Positions 11,801 to 23,492 of a stretch of DNA of 64,000 nt are shown in pieces. A model generated the notes under the pieces. It saw only the letters and a list, made by a program, of their open reading frames with translations. It had not been told where the DNA came from and made no database searches. A program made the translations under genes and the position numbers. Numbering within the stretch: position 1 is the first letter of the stretch; each line of letters starts with the position of its first letter. Source of the stretch: Nemertoderma westbladi (Eukaryota > Animalia > Xenacoelomorpha); assembly GCA_032718475.1 (NCBI GenBank), contig JAUCBJ010005741.1:62001-126000 (forward strand), in the 5' to 3' direction.

Positions 11801-14267
11801 TCGAGAGCAGTGAGTTAGACGATCCAACTGAGGGAACACCATACTCCTCAGATAATGACGATGTCCACCAACTTTTCGATGAGGAGAATGCCATCGATCT
11901 CCTTAAGGAAAACGAGACTTGGCAAAACCAAGTGAATTTATGTCAACTCCTTCTTCCATCAGAGCGAGACGACTATAATGACGAGCTTAATGACGTCATT
12001 GAACGTTATAATGCCAAGACTCGGGACGAACACGCCGTACGATTCTTTACTCAAGAGGCTGTAGAGCCCAATTCCTATGATAAGGCCCTATCGGTAGAGG
12101 AAGAAAGAGCCAAGCAAATCCAAGAGACAACTACACGTTTTCTTAAAGATCAAGGTAGATATGAGATCGGTCTACCTTTCCGAAAGCGAGAACCAAAGTT
12201 CGTAAACAACAGACCCTTGGCGGAGAAAAGAATTGCTCAACTACATCGACGCCTTACGGCAAATTCTTCAGCTAAAGAAATGTATCAAACGCAGTTGAAG
12301 AAGTTTATTAGCAAGGGATATGCGGAGCTAGTACCGGAAGAAACACCTATAACTGAGAGAACGTATTATTTAACTCACCATTACGTTCCCAAACCCGGTA
12401 AACCACATGAGGTACGAGTGGTGTTTGACGGCTCCGCCCTCTATATGGGCCAATCCCTTAATTCTGAATTGCTACCCGGACCCAACTTACTCCAATCATT
12501 GTTGGGAATACTTTTAAGATTAAGACAATATTCCATTGCTTTCGCCTCAGATATAGAAGGCATGTTCTTACAAGTCAAAGCGCTGGATAGGGATCGAGAT
12601 AGCCTACGATTTCTGTGGTGGCCTGAAGGAGACCTCAACCAGAAACCGGTGGAGTACTGGATGACCATCCAAGCTTTTGGGATAATCTCGAGCCCTTCAA
12701 ACGCCTGTTCCGTGGTGCGCACCACTGCGGATGACAACCGAGACGCCTTCTCTAAAGAGGTGATTGACAACATTAAGCGGGATATATACATGGACGACAA
12801 TCTAAAGTCCCTTCCATCAGTCGAAGAAGCCATCGATGTCGCTAAAGGAACGGTAGAGTGCTTAAAAAGAGGTGGATTTCGATTAACTAAATTCACCAGC
12901 AACTCCCGTGAGTTTCTGGAGTCGATCCCGGTAGAAGATCGAGGAGCAAAAGACCTGGATCTAATAAAAGATGATCTCCCAGAAACTAAGACCCTTGGTT
13001 TGAAATGGGACACCGAAAGAGATATCCTGTTTTTCCAACTAAAACAGCGAGATAATCCAGTTCGGACTAAACGGATTTGTTTAAGTATCCTGAGCACTTA
13101 TTTCGATCCATTGGGATTTATTAGCCCAGTTATATTGATTGCTCGGAGTTTAGTACAACAAATGTGGCTTGAAAACCACTCATGGGACGATCCACTTAAG
13201 GGGGAGTTGTTAAAGAAGTGGATGAAATGGGAAGATTCTCTACCAGCCATCGAGAACTTTATAATTTCCCGTTCATATTTTGGTCATGTTCTCCCTACGT
13301 ATTCCTATCAACTCCATGTGTTTGGAGACGCCAGCGATATGGGAATAGGTATAGTAGCCTACCTAAGGGTGGAAACTCCGGACGGAATCAAAGTCGCCTT
13401 GGTTACTTCTAAGGCATTGATAAACAATAAGTTGAAAGTTCCTCGAGCGGAGTTAAAAGCGGCTCTATACGCTACAGCCATCGGCCGGAATGTAACAGAA
13501 CAGATCGACTATCCACTGGAGAAAACTGTCTATTGGACCGACGCTTTACTCGTGTTGGAGTATATAACCAATGAAGTCTGTCAGTTCAGCGTCTTCGTTA
13601 CCAACAGAGTAGCCATTATACTCAGTCGCACAACAATGGATCAATGGAGACATTGCCCCGGAACGATTAATCCAGCAGACATCGCCTCCAGGGGAGCAAC
13701 TCCACAAGAACTGGTAGACACTCCAGACTGGTTAGGTGGACCCGACTTCCTATACAAAGAAGAAGAAGAATGGCCTCCTCATCTTACTACAGCGGAGATT
13801 AGACAGGCCAAGGAAGCGGAGAAAGTCAAACCTAAAACTCGGGCGAGTAAATCGAAGTTATTCAAACCCATGGTAGATCTGTCTGTACTACATATTTCCG
13901 GAGACGACGCTTTGGATCAGAAACCCACAGCCACAAATAAACTTGTTGTGGAAATCCGTGAGAAGGATTGGAAATCTGGAATACCAGACGTCTCGCAAGG
14001 ACTCTCACCTCTTCTGCAGAGAGCGATACATCACTACAGTTCCTGGAATCGGCTCTGTAAGGCCGTTACATATTTAAAGAGATGTTTTCACCATCACTAC
14101 TCCGGGATGAAGGCCAAAGGTGATACCGCTCCAATAACATCAGTGCAGGTCCATGTTATTAAAGATCTTCCCAAATATAAGATATCCGACAGGTTTCTGA
14201 AGGAGAAGATCAGTTATCAGGAACATGACGAAACCAACAAGCAGATGCTGAGACTCCTGCAATGCTA
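8809..14267 (+). pseudogene. BEL/Pao gag-pol, 5' part (Gag, 3 Zn knuckles, aspartic protease, RT, RNase H), with one in-frame TAA at 10543-10545
   Basis: ORFs 8809-10545 and 10705-14295 share a frame and are separated only by that TAA. Motifs: FNGDEMKW/LSNGEKLRFL/LNIRYG (Pao Gag), CALC/CYNC/CAKC knuckles, LLDSGS, RVVFDGS, YMDD, HVFGDAS, YWTD, NPADIASRG. Confidence 0.93.
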
Positions 14268-15799
14268 CCGCATCTTTAAGGCCAGTGTCCTTTAAGATGC
14301 GTCTCAAGAAAGTCATAGGCTGTCCACCATGCTTATTCACTCCATGAGGCTGCCAAAGTACAAGATTATGCACTGGCTGATCCTCACGGCGAAAGCAATG
14401 TCCTGCAAAGCGGAGGCGATTTTGTTCTAGTGTCAAGCTTGGGGGAACCAATGAGACACCTCCAATGTTATATAGTGTCTGGTTGGAGATGTGTGCATTG
14501 TACTTGACACAATGAACCCGGCGTAGCATTCTTGTGAATGTGCCATCCAGAGATTTGGTGTCCTCAGCAGTTAGAGCCCAGCATGGACTCCCGTAGAGGA
14601 GTACTGGAACTACTGCTGCTCTAAATAATCGGACCTTAAGTTTCCGATTAATTCTCGGTGACTTCCAAATCCTGGAAAGCCTATTCAAGGCTGCCCATGC
14701 CTTTCCCTTACGTATTCGAAGGTCCTCACCTGACTTCCGGATCCATGATCCCAGGTAACAGAAGTCGTCCACATGCTCAAGCATACCATCCTTTGAGCTT
14801 ATGCTCATCCGATCAGAGACTTGCTGAGGACTTTCAAAGTTAACTGTCAGAATTTTGGTCTTTCTGGAGTTAATAAAAAGACCAACACTAGAAGCAGCAT
14901 GTTCTAATGAGCTGAGGAGCCGTTGGGCTCCCTCTAATGATTCTGAGAGTACTCCTAAGTCATCAGCAAAGTCTAGATCAGTTAAGTACTTGGCAGGATT
15001 TCCTCGACTTCTGGAGCCAGTAGGTGGAGTTATCATCACCCCATCATCATTATAATGATCTAAGGACATGCGTAGAACATAGTCAACCACAATAATGAAC
15101 AAGAATGGTGCAAGTGTGTCTCCTTGGAGGACGCCCCATAACACTTCAAATGGTTCTGTGTCACCGTCAACAGTAGACACAAATGTTGTCGAACCATCGT
15201 ATACTGATCTGATTGCTGCAATAATTTCATCAGGAATCCCATATAATGAATGTATGCTGAACATACGTGAGCGAGAGACTGAATCAAAGGCCTTGAAGAA
15301 GTCAACAAAGATAACAGCCAGATGCCTGTCTTTCTTTTTTGATAACTCTTCAATTATCCTTCTAAGTGCCAAAATGGGCTCCATGGTCCCACGACCTTTA
15401 CGGAACCCATTCTGATTTCCACGGAGCAGTCTCTCAATGGGATCCCTGATGCGATTTAATAGAATCCTATTGTATAGCTTTGCAGCAATCGAGATCAATG
15501 AGATTCCCCGAAAAGAACCATAGAGTGTTAGGTTGCCCTTCTTGGGAACTGGCACAAACTTATTTGTTTTCATTTCTTGTGGGACTCTTGTTGTTCGGTA
15601 CATGTCTACTATGATGGGATAGATGAGCTTTAAACACTCAGGTATTTTAAAGACCTCAGGGGGAACACCATCTACTCCACTGGCACGATTGGTCTTAATG
15701 CTCTTTGCAGCAGCCTTCACTTCTGCAAAAGAGATATCGCCAATGGGAATATCTGGGAGTACAGACTCAGACACTTTTACTTCTATAAAGTTATGGAAA
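14268..15799 (-). mobile_element. RTE-clade non-LTR retrotransposon fragment (intact RT frame, truncated at both ends) inserted antisense into pol
   Basis: ORF 14140-15855(-) has NQNGFRKGR, FVDFFKAFDSV, GVLQGDTLAPFLF, LDFADD, FCYLGS and RLRFAGHC. It is flanked by a 325-bp duplication of pol (13943-14267 = 15800-16124). Confidence 0.92.
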
Positions 15800-17529
15800 T
15801 TGTTGTGGAAATCCGTGAGAAGGATTGGAAATCTGGAATACCAGACGTCTCGCAAGGACTCTCACCTCTTCTGCAGAGAGCGATACATCACTACAGTTCC
15901 TGGAATCGGCTCTGTAAGGCCGTTACATATTTAAAGAGATGTTTTCACCATCACTACTCCGGGATGAAGGCCAAAGGTGATACCGCTCCAATAACATCAG
16001 TGCAGGTCCATGTTATTAAAGATCTTCCCAAATATAAGATATCCGACAGGTTTCTGAAGGAGAAGATCAGTTATCAGGAACATGACGAAACCAACAAGCA
16101 GATGCTGAGACTCCTGCAATGCTATGAGGATTCCGATAAGTATTTCCTGTTGTTGAGAAATCCACAGATGCGCTTAAGGGATCGTTTCTCTAGCACAATG
16201 ATAGATGGGTTAATACGTGTTGGAGGAAGATTAACGAATGCTCCATTATCCTTTGACACTAAGTTCCCCATACTCATTAGAAATCTTGAAATACAAGTCA
16301 AGATGATTGTAGATGTTCACAGCAAACTTTATCATGCTGGTAGAGAACGAGTTCTTAGCGAAATTCGAACTCGCTATTATTTTTATAAACCCCGTAGAGC
16401 TCTGAACCAAGTTCTTAGGAACTGCATACCCTGTAGGAAAGCATTCAGTAGGCCTTTAACACAGCGAGAGGCAGAATTACCTAGGGAACGAATAAGCTTC
16501 TATGAACCACCCTTTACTAATACCGGTGTAGATTTATTTGGCCCTATTGAAGTATATCGTGCTAGGACTATAGTCAAGAGATGGTGTGTAATCTTTGTTT
16601 GTATGACTTGTAGAGCTATCCATCTCGATATGGTGAACGATTTATCTACCAACAGCTTTCTATTAAGCTTACGACGACAGATCGCTCGCTTTGGCACTAG
16701 TAACACGATGAGATCTGATAAGGGAACAAACTTCATTGGTGCCAACAATGAAATCAAAGCTTACGTCAAAGATTGGAACCAAAGACAGGTGGACGATCAG
16801 CTACGAGTAACAGCGTCTAGCTGGACCTTCAACGCCGCCGACGCCCCTTGGTGGGGATGAAGTTGGGAGAGATTAATAAGAAGTGTGAAGACCGCATTTC
16901 ACTTTATAGTGCCTTGCCGCGCGTATCTCACCGACGAACTTTTGCGGACGTTAATGGAGGAAATCGCCGCCTATCTCAACGAGAGACCGCTTATGCCAGT
17001 CTCATCGAGTCCCGATTCCCTGGAAGCGCTAACACCCGCGCATTTCCTACTGAAGAAACCTGTAGCCATGCTCCCACAATCGGAAATCACAGACGGAGAC
17101 GAATACTGCCGGCAAACTTGGCAACTCATGCAGTTGTTATCCCGTCGTTTCGCTGACCATTTCGAAAAACATTATCTGCCCACGCTACAACTTCGAACTA
17201 AGTGGTTTGCGCAGCAAGAAAACGTCAGCGCTGGAGACATGGTTCTTATTGTGGATGTAGATCTTCCACGTAAGCGGTGGCAGACAGGTCGTATCATCGA
17301 GACTCACATCTCGGATGACGGTTTGGTGCGATCGGTAGAACTCGTCGTCATGCGACGTAACTTCAAGAAACCGGGAATTGTCTTCGAGACGCAGCAGCTC
17401 AATCGCCCAGTTGGTTGCTTATGTTTACTGGAAAGAGACAGAGAACTCTCCGGAAACTATGGGAGGCAAGATACTCTTCCCACGACCACCTCCCTAATCC
17501 AACAAACATCTAGGGACTCCCCAACTTAA
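15800..17529 (+). pseudogene. BEL/Pao pol, 3' part (integrase and C-terminal domain), with an in-frame TGA at 16858-16860
   Basis: RVGGRL, H..H..CIPC zinc-binding region, GVDLFGP, SDKGTNF, APWWG*SWERLIRSVK (expected GG), LTPAHFL, and a RTKW...GDMVLI...W.TGRI...DGLVR tail. All in the same frame as upstream pol. Confidence 0.92.
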
Positions 17530-18077
17530 CAATGGCTGGAGTGGGTGTATGACTATATTTGTATTTGTTTTATTCTTTTATATTTATGTATATATTATTA
17601 TGTAATTTTATTATAATCGTTTTCTTTAATTTTACTTAGTAGAATGTTATTTTAGCGATTATTTAGTAGATTAGTGCAATATGTATTCGCGTTTATTACT
17701 TAATTACTTATATATTATATATTTAGTGCGACGGCGAGAAATAATTCTTTTTCTCTTTCCTTACTGTCCGTATTACATTACAAATACGTAACTACAGTAA
17801 GATGAAATATCCGTACTTATTAAAGTACAATAAAGCCACTACTATATTCAAGTATTATTGGTAGGCAGAGTATTAGGAATGCAAAGTTCAGATCCTCGTG
17901 TCTCGGCTAAACCAAGCTCTGGGTAGACCTTGGAAACGACTTGCCTCTTCACACTGACATTGCTTCGTGCGATATTGCTCTCATACCGTATATTAAATAA
18001 TACATATAGTAGCGTGATGTCCCTTTAACAGTAGCGTATAACGCAAAATAAATCTGTTAAACCCTTTGACCATCTGC

Positions 18078-18378
18078 AATTCTAGTCGATTAAGATATCG
18101 TGGCACCCACCGATATACTTGAAAGACAAAATTCTAGAATCAGTGGTTAACGTCCCCAGACAAGTTCTGGAATAAACTGGTGCCCATCCTAAATATTAAT
18201 TATTAATATTTACAAAATCTGTCAAATATCAGATCCTTTAAAATTCTAGTCGATTAAGATATCGTAGCACTTACCGATACTCTTAAAAGGACAAAATTCC
18301 TAGAATCAAGGATCCCAGTCCCCAGACACGTTCTGGAATAAAATTGTGTCTATTTTAATATTAAATAATAAAATTTAC
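18078..18378 (+). repeat. Two diverged copies (164-bp spacing) of a hairpin-forming unit in the pol-ORF2 spacer
   Basis: aattctagtcgattaagatatcgt.gcac..accgata..ctt.aa.gacaaaatt.ctagaatca...ccaga.a.gttctggaataaa at 18078 and 18242. Confidence 0.85.
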
Positions 18379-19120
18379 GGGAATAAATTTAAATTCATAT
18401 ATTTCAATGAATTTAATAAATTGTCATTTTATACAATTTATAACATTCCCAAAATTCCATTAATTAATAGATCATGGGAGCGGAGATTCACTCTATTAAG
18501 TGTATTTGTGTGCGAGAATCTCCAATATAGTCAATAGCCGATAAAATTTATAAAATCATATATAGAGAGGATATTGACAATTAAAGAATTACTATTAAAT
18601 AGCATCCCAGATCTGTATGCATGAGAATTACCCTAATTCTACCGCTAGCTTTCCATAATGTCACCATGGCAACAACCACGCTAGAATTAGAAGTGAGTTA
18701 AAGAACAATAGAAGGCTTGCCCCATTGAATAGCATAGGGAATAAATAGCGCACTGCTAGTATCCAAGGATACATAATAAATACAGTGACATTCTGGAAGG
18801 TACTGACTAACGGACAAATGGCCCGAATGTGTGCGGTTTATGGCAGTTGTGTTGAATTTGTGCGTTTGTAGGTGAATGTTACTACTAAGGTGTGTTTACA
18901 GTAGCGAGTCGCAATTGTGAAAGTAGCCCTAACTCTCCAGAAAGAACCTGTAGTACATCTAAGCCTTTGGGACGGACAGTGGAGTGACTTGTGCCGGTTA
19001 TTGTTGTCGTTGTGTAGCTACATCGTTGGCGAAAGCACAGCGACGACGGTACATCGGCGCTGAGGATCTTACACTGTCCGGGGGCAAAAGAGGGGTAGGC
19101 AGCGACGCCCGCTAGCCTAA

Positions 19121-19128
19121 TATATAAA
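19121..19128 (+). promoter_or_regulatory. TATA-like box upstream of ORF2 (possible internal promoter)
   Basis: TATATAAA 40 bp before the ATG at 19161, preceded by a GC-richer stretch (~18960-19115). Confidence 0.3.
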
Positions 19129-19160
19129 CTCATTATAATATTGATAAACTCATAGCAGAT

Positions 19161-22100
19161 ATGACTGAGTTGATAGAAGATGATCTCGGTATTAGGGAGC
19201 GATATACTCTACCTTTACAAGCGTTTGTCGATAGCTTGATACGCGGCGACGCTGATCCAACTACTACGGAGGATGATGGTCGTTATATCGAACCGCCAAT
19301 GTCCCAGGAGCAACTTACGCGTGAATTGGATTATAGAAAGTTCACCGCTCGCTATACGCATCGTAATGGTACGTATATGGACTTCTTAACTACTGGCCAT
19401 CCTATCGATTTACACGATACGGACGATGTAGACACCGAAAGGGAAATGGTTTTATTTAGATATCATACCCAGCGGAGTCGGAACGACAAACCGAGAATAG
19501 AACACGAGAACTCTATTCGAAACAAACTCGAAAGGGAAGACGTTGAAGAGCCGGATAAACGCAGCGACTTCAACGATTATCTGGAATTCCTGAGAGAGAC
19601 ATATCTCAATATTGCCAGTCAACAAAATCTCGAAACTCGATATCCCCAAGGTATACATCATGATCCTATGATAGAACTCAAACGACTCTATTTCACTATG
19701 ATGTATCTTACCGCCGATCGACCGCTACCTGTCGTCCCAGATAGCTTCGAACAGATGGAGGAATATTGTAAAACTGGAGAACAATCACCCGCGTTTCCCC
19801 TGCAGGACGTGCGTCTGTGGTATTACTGCGACGAATGCCCTAGACCCAATCAGCAAACGGAAAGACATAAACATCCGCAGAGACATTGCGCTAAACACAG
19901 TTTTACCCGATATACTTATGGGAGTTTCGAGCGAAACCTGTTCGACGTATCCCCCTCGAACGGCTCGACTCAAACGATCCTTGAACAAACCAATGATCAG
20001 AGTTCCGGAATACTCGGTCAGACCTCCTCATTCCTCAGTTAGACCTCAGACTCTTGATCCTAATAGTATCACGGATCCTCCCGAACTGTACTCACTGTTC
20101 AAAGATCTAGTGTTACCCGAACAGTTGATCGGTGGCACCCCGGTGGTAGGCTCACTAGATATTCGCCAACCCTACCTAGCTGGATTGGGACGCGGTCATC
20201 TAATATCGCCGTTTAACCCATACAACCGTCGCGGCTTCACCTCGATCCAACCCGTTACGGAAGTCGAAGAGAGCGTCATACGAAACGCGCTAGACGCTAT
20301 TCGGCAGAAAATCGGAAAGGGAACTTACGATTGTTTGGAGAAACGTAAATTACAACAACAAGTCCAAGCGGTGAAGGAATTAGCTTTACCCAGTTCGATA
20401 GAGAAACACAAAATCTCGAGGAGGACATCGAACGTGGACGAACCTACTCTTTACAAGAGTTCCTAGATGAGCGTCTACAACAACAAGCGGAGGAAAATCA
20501 GCTCGAGGAGAGACATATAGAACTGGATGAGAGAGAAGAAGCAGCTTTAGCTCAACCCGAAGCTCAAATCCTTATGACGGATCTCTACTCTAAAACCATC
20601 CTTCATCCCTCGATGGTTCCCCATTTCGGAGACAAACTCTTTGCGACGGCACAACCACAACCGGTTGATATCAACCTAAGATCTCGAGATCTTATCGCTG
20701 ACGCTCCCATGTTACAGCGTCCTCCCATCGAAGCCGCTCGTGTCGAGGGTATACTCGTTGAACCTCCGGACAATAGAGCGGATCTTGTCCGTCGCATGGT
20801 ACACGATGTTAACATATGCGCTAGACCTTTACCGGACTCGTTTTATGGGATCAAAGATCACCCTTATTACGTTAACCTAACACAATATTACATGGTAAAA
20901 CCGGAAGATCCTACACATAGTCTGAGGTTTTTGCCACTCATAAATCCTCTCGATCTTGTCGAACTCGAACAACTGCATAAACATCTGGATCAGTTAGTTA
21001 AAGTAAACTCATTTCGAAAACCATATAATGTTTCCAGAATAGAGAAAGAAACAATACCTCCGTATAATCTTGATGGATTCATCAAAACTCGTTTAGTACA
21101 CTGGAATCTTGACGTGTTATTCGAGGAGGAAAGAATACAACGATATGGAGATGTGGAAACATATACCACACAATATTTAAAGTATAGAGACCTACCTAAT
21201 GCTAGCGAATGAGCTACCTTGTGGCATCCTGTGGGAATGACTCTCGAAAACGCCACTAAAGAGTGGAATGAGACTCTTAACGTTATCGAGATGTATGGAG
21301 TTGTCACCTACGACAACGAAGGTAGCGTTCCGGTTGGAGAACTGGGAACTACGCGGATGATACACATACGAGGACTCGCTGGTTCTACCCACGTATTTAC
21401 TCGAGCGTGTTCCGATGTGATTGATTATTCTTTTGAAACTCTTACTGAGACCCAAAAGAAACTCCGACATGGACAATTCGAACTCGCGCAGCGTTATGTC
21501 ACCGACACCGAGCGCAAACCGGCCATGGGTATCGATGGATCGATGTTACCCCAACCCGTGCTCGAGATGTTGTTTAACGAAAGAATCCTTAAAATCGGCT
21601 CGGCTGTTTATGGAGATCTACAAAACGACTTTCGGAATATGGAAAACATTCCATACCCTTTCGTTGATACTCAGCTGATTGCTCCCTGGGCAGAAGGCCG
21701 AGGTTTCTTCCGCACTATGTATGCCAATACACCCAGCGGCATTACTAAAGTACAACGAACCTCCATTGGACATCTTGCCTTTCAAGAATACGGATGGAAT
21801 TTCAAGGTTGGAAATCCTATAAATTACCAACAAGTATATGGAGATCATTATTCTCGTTTATACTTTGATGGACCATTGACCGCACCTGGCGCCGTGTATA
21901 GCTTTATGAGTGTTCCACTTCGTCCCTCCTTAGCTATATACACGATATTTGAAAACGCAGCACTTGCCGGTTGGCTAGCCGATGTGTGCAGTCGTACCAT
22001 ACGCGCGCATCCATTAATACTTGGAACCAAACTCGCCAAGTTAGATGAACACAATAAATTCATCCGCTTCGAATGTTTCAGGCGCTTTCTGACTCCGTTC

Positions 22101-23414
22101 CGTAACGTTGATAGTCAGTTCAAGGACCGCGCTCTGACCAAACTCAGCCTAAGAGACTCAGCTGCGGAGAAGCTAAACAGCGCGGGATTTGCTCTCTTTC
22201 AGGACGTTTGTATACAGAACTTACATTCATCTGTTATACAAAGACCCCGAATACCCACAGGTTATTCTGTCGTGGAAGTTCAGACAGTGGGTCCGCTTGC
22301 GGAGACAGCCGCACCTACCTCAGCTATGCAATTGGAAGACGAACCAATATGCTTAGAATCTGAAGCGATCCAGCCTACAGCGCCCCGGAGCAGCGATAAC
22401 GACTACGTCTTAGAGTGGTATCAAGGTCCACAATGTCTCACCGCACACGATTATCGACACGCTAACTATGTTTCTCGAAAACGTTGTCGATTATGCGCAT
22501 CAAGAGACCATTTCACCCCTATGGACTCAGACGTACCCTGCTCCTATTTCCACGAACAACCGATGATGGAGATATATTGTGCGTATTGCAGACTTAATAA
22601 CTCTCATATTTTTGCAGTCTGCCCCCAATTTATGACTCAATGCCACCACTGTCAACTTAAAGGACATGCCAGTTATAATTGCCCCTTTAATCGCGATTTA
22701 GAGAGCGTAGATGAGATGATTACCCTGCGCTACATCCGAGCTTGGGAAGCGAACGCGGATTTACATTGTGAGTCCCGCCATCGCTACTACCCTGGACGCT
22801 CTTACGAGGGAGTTTACGCGTTTCATCCTTATTTATTCGCGTCTGTGGAACAAAAAACACGCACACCGAGTTACGAACTAATGAAGCGTGTTGGTGAGTG
22901 TATTTCCACCAAATTTGTTCGAAAATACCTTAGGAACGTCAATCCTAACGATATTACTTCATACCATTTGATCAATTACATCTGTCAAGACCCTGAGTAT
23001 GGCGATTTATTTATCAACTCGTACCCTGAGTTACAGGAAGTATCTCGACGGCCCTATGAATATCGAGCCCGAGAACGCGAGCTGGAAAGAACCATTAAAC
23101 CAAGGAAGTTTCTCACCACTCACGGTCCGCCTACCGCTGTTGTCCAGACGACCCGTCAAGGACCCATAGGAGCTGCTGTCCTAAGACGCGCCCTAAAGGC
23201 CGTTAGACCTCGCTCCACTGAAGTTGATATCGATCAACCAGGTACCTCAACCGGCGGATACACCGATCGTAATTCTACACCTTCTGATGCAATTGTATTG
23301 CACCCTTCACCCAGGAGTTACAGCCCTCCTAGTAAAGTGGCTCGCCCCAAAGAGAAAAGGACTCTTGCTAGCCTCAAAAAACTGCGTAAACGCCGTCCGC
23401 GTAAGAAAGACTAA
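19161..23414 (+). pseudogene. Accessory ORF2 of the LTR element: putative DEDDy 3'-5' exonuclease + CCHC zinc-knuckle protein (~1400 aa reconstructed)
   Basis: ORFs starting at 19161, 20574 and 21219 share one frame, bridged by 19918-20466 (frameshifts at ~19900-20040 and ~20388) and one TGA at 21210. Exo motifs: VVTYDNEG, LPQPVLEMLFNERILKIGSAVYGD, FVDTQ, SIGHLA, PLRPSLAIYTIFE. Knuckles: CRLC..H..C, CAYC..H..C, CHHCQLKGHASYNC. Confidence 0.75.
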
Positions 23415-23483
23415 CTGTTTAGAGTATTTTTATATTTTAGAAACTGTGATTTGTTATATTTTATAGACTAAAATCCCATTTTC

Positions 23484-23492
23484 TGGGAGCGG
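23484..23492 (+). other. Polypurine-tract-like plus-strand primer site
   Basis: tGGGAGCGG lies immediately before the TGT of the 3' LTR. Confidence 0.55.

Noticed and set aside
14269-14301. 13-bp inverted repeat at the RTE/pol junction as a fold-back repair scar
   Set aside because: The sequence aligns with the intact family copy at ~44730-44762, so it is probably native RTE sequence.
19161-23414. ORF2 as an env gene
   Set aside because: No evident signal peptide, transmembrane helix or fusion-protein pattern; it has nuclease-like and zinc-knuckle motifs and a basic tail.
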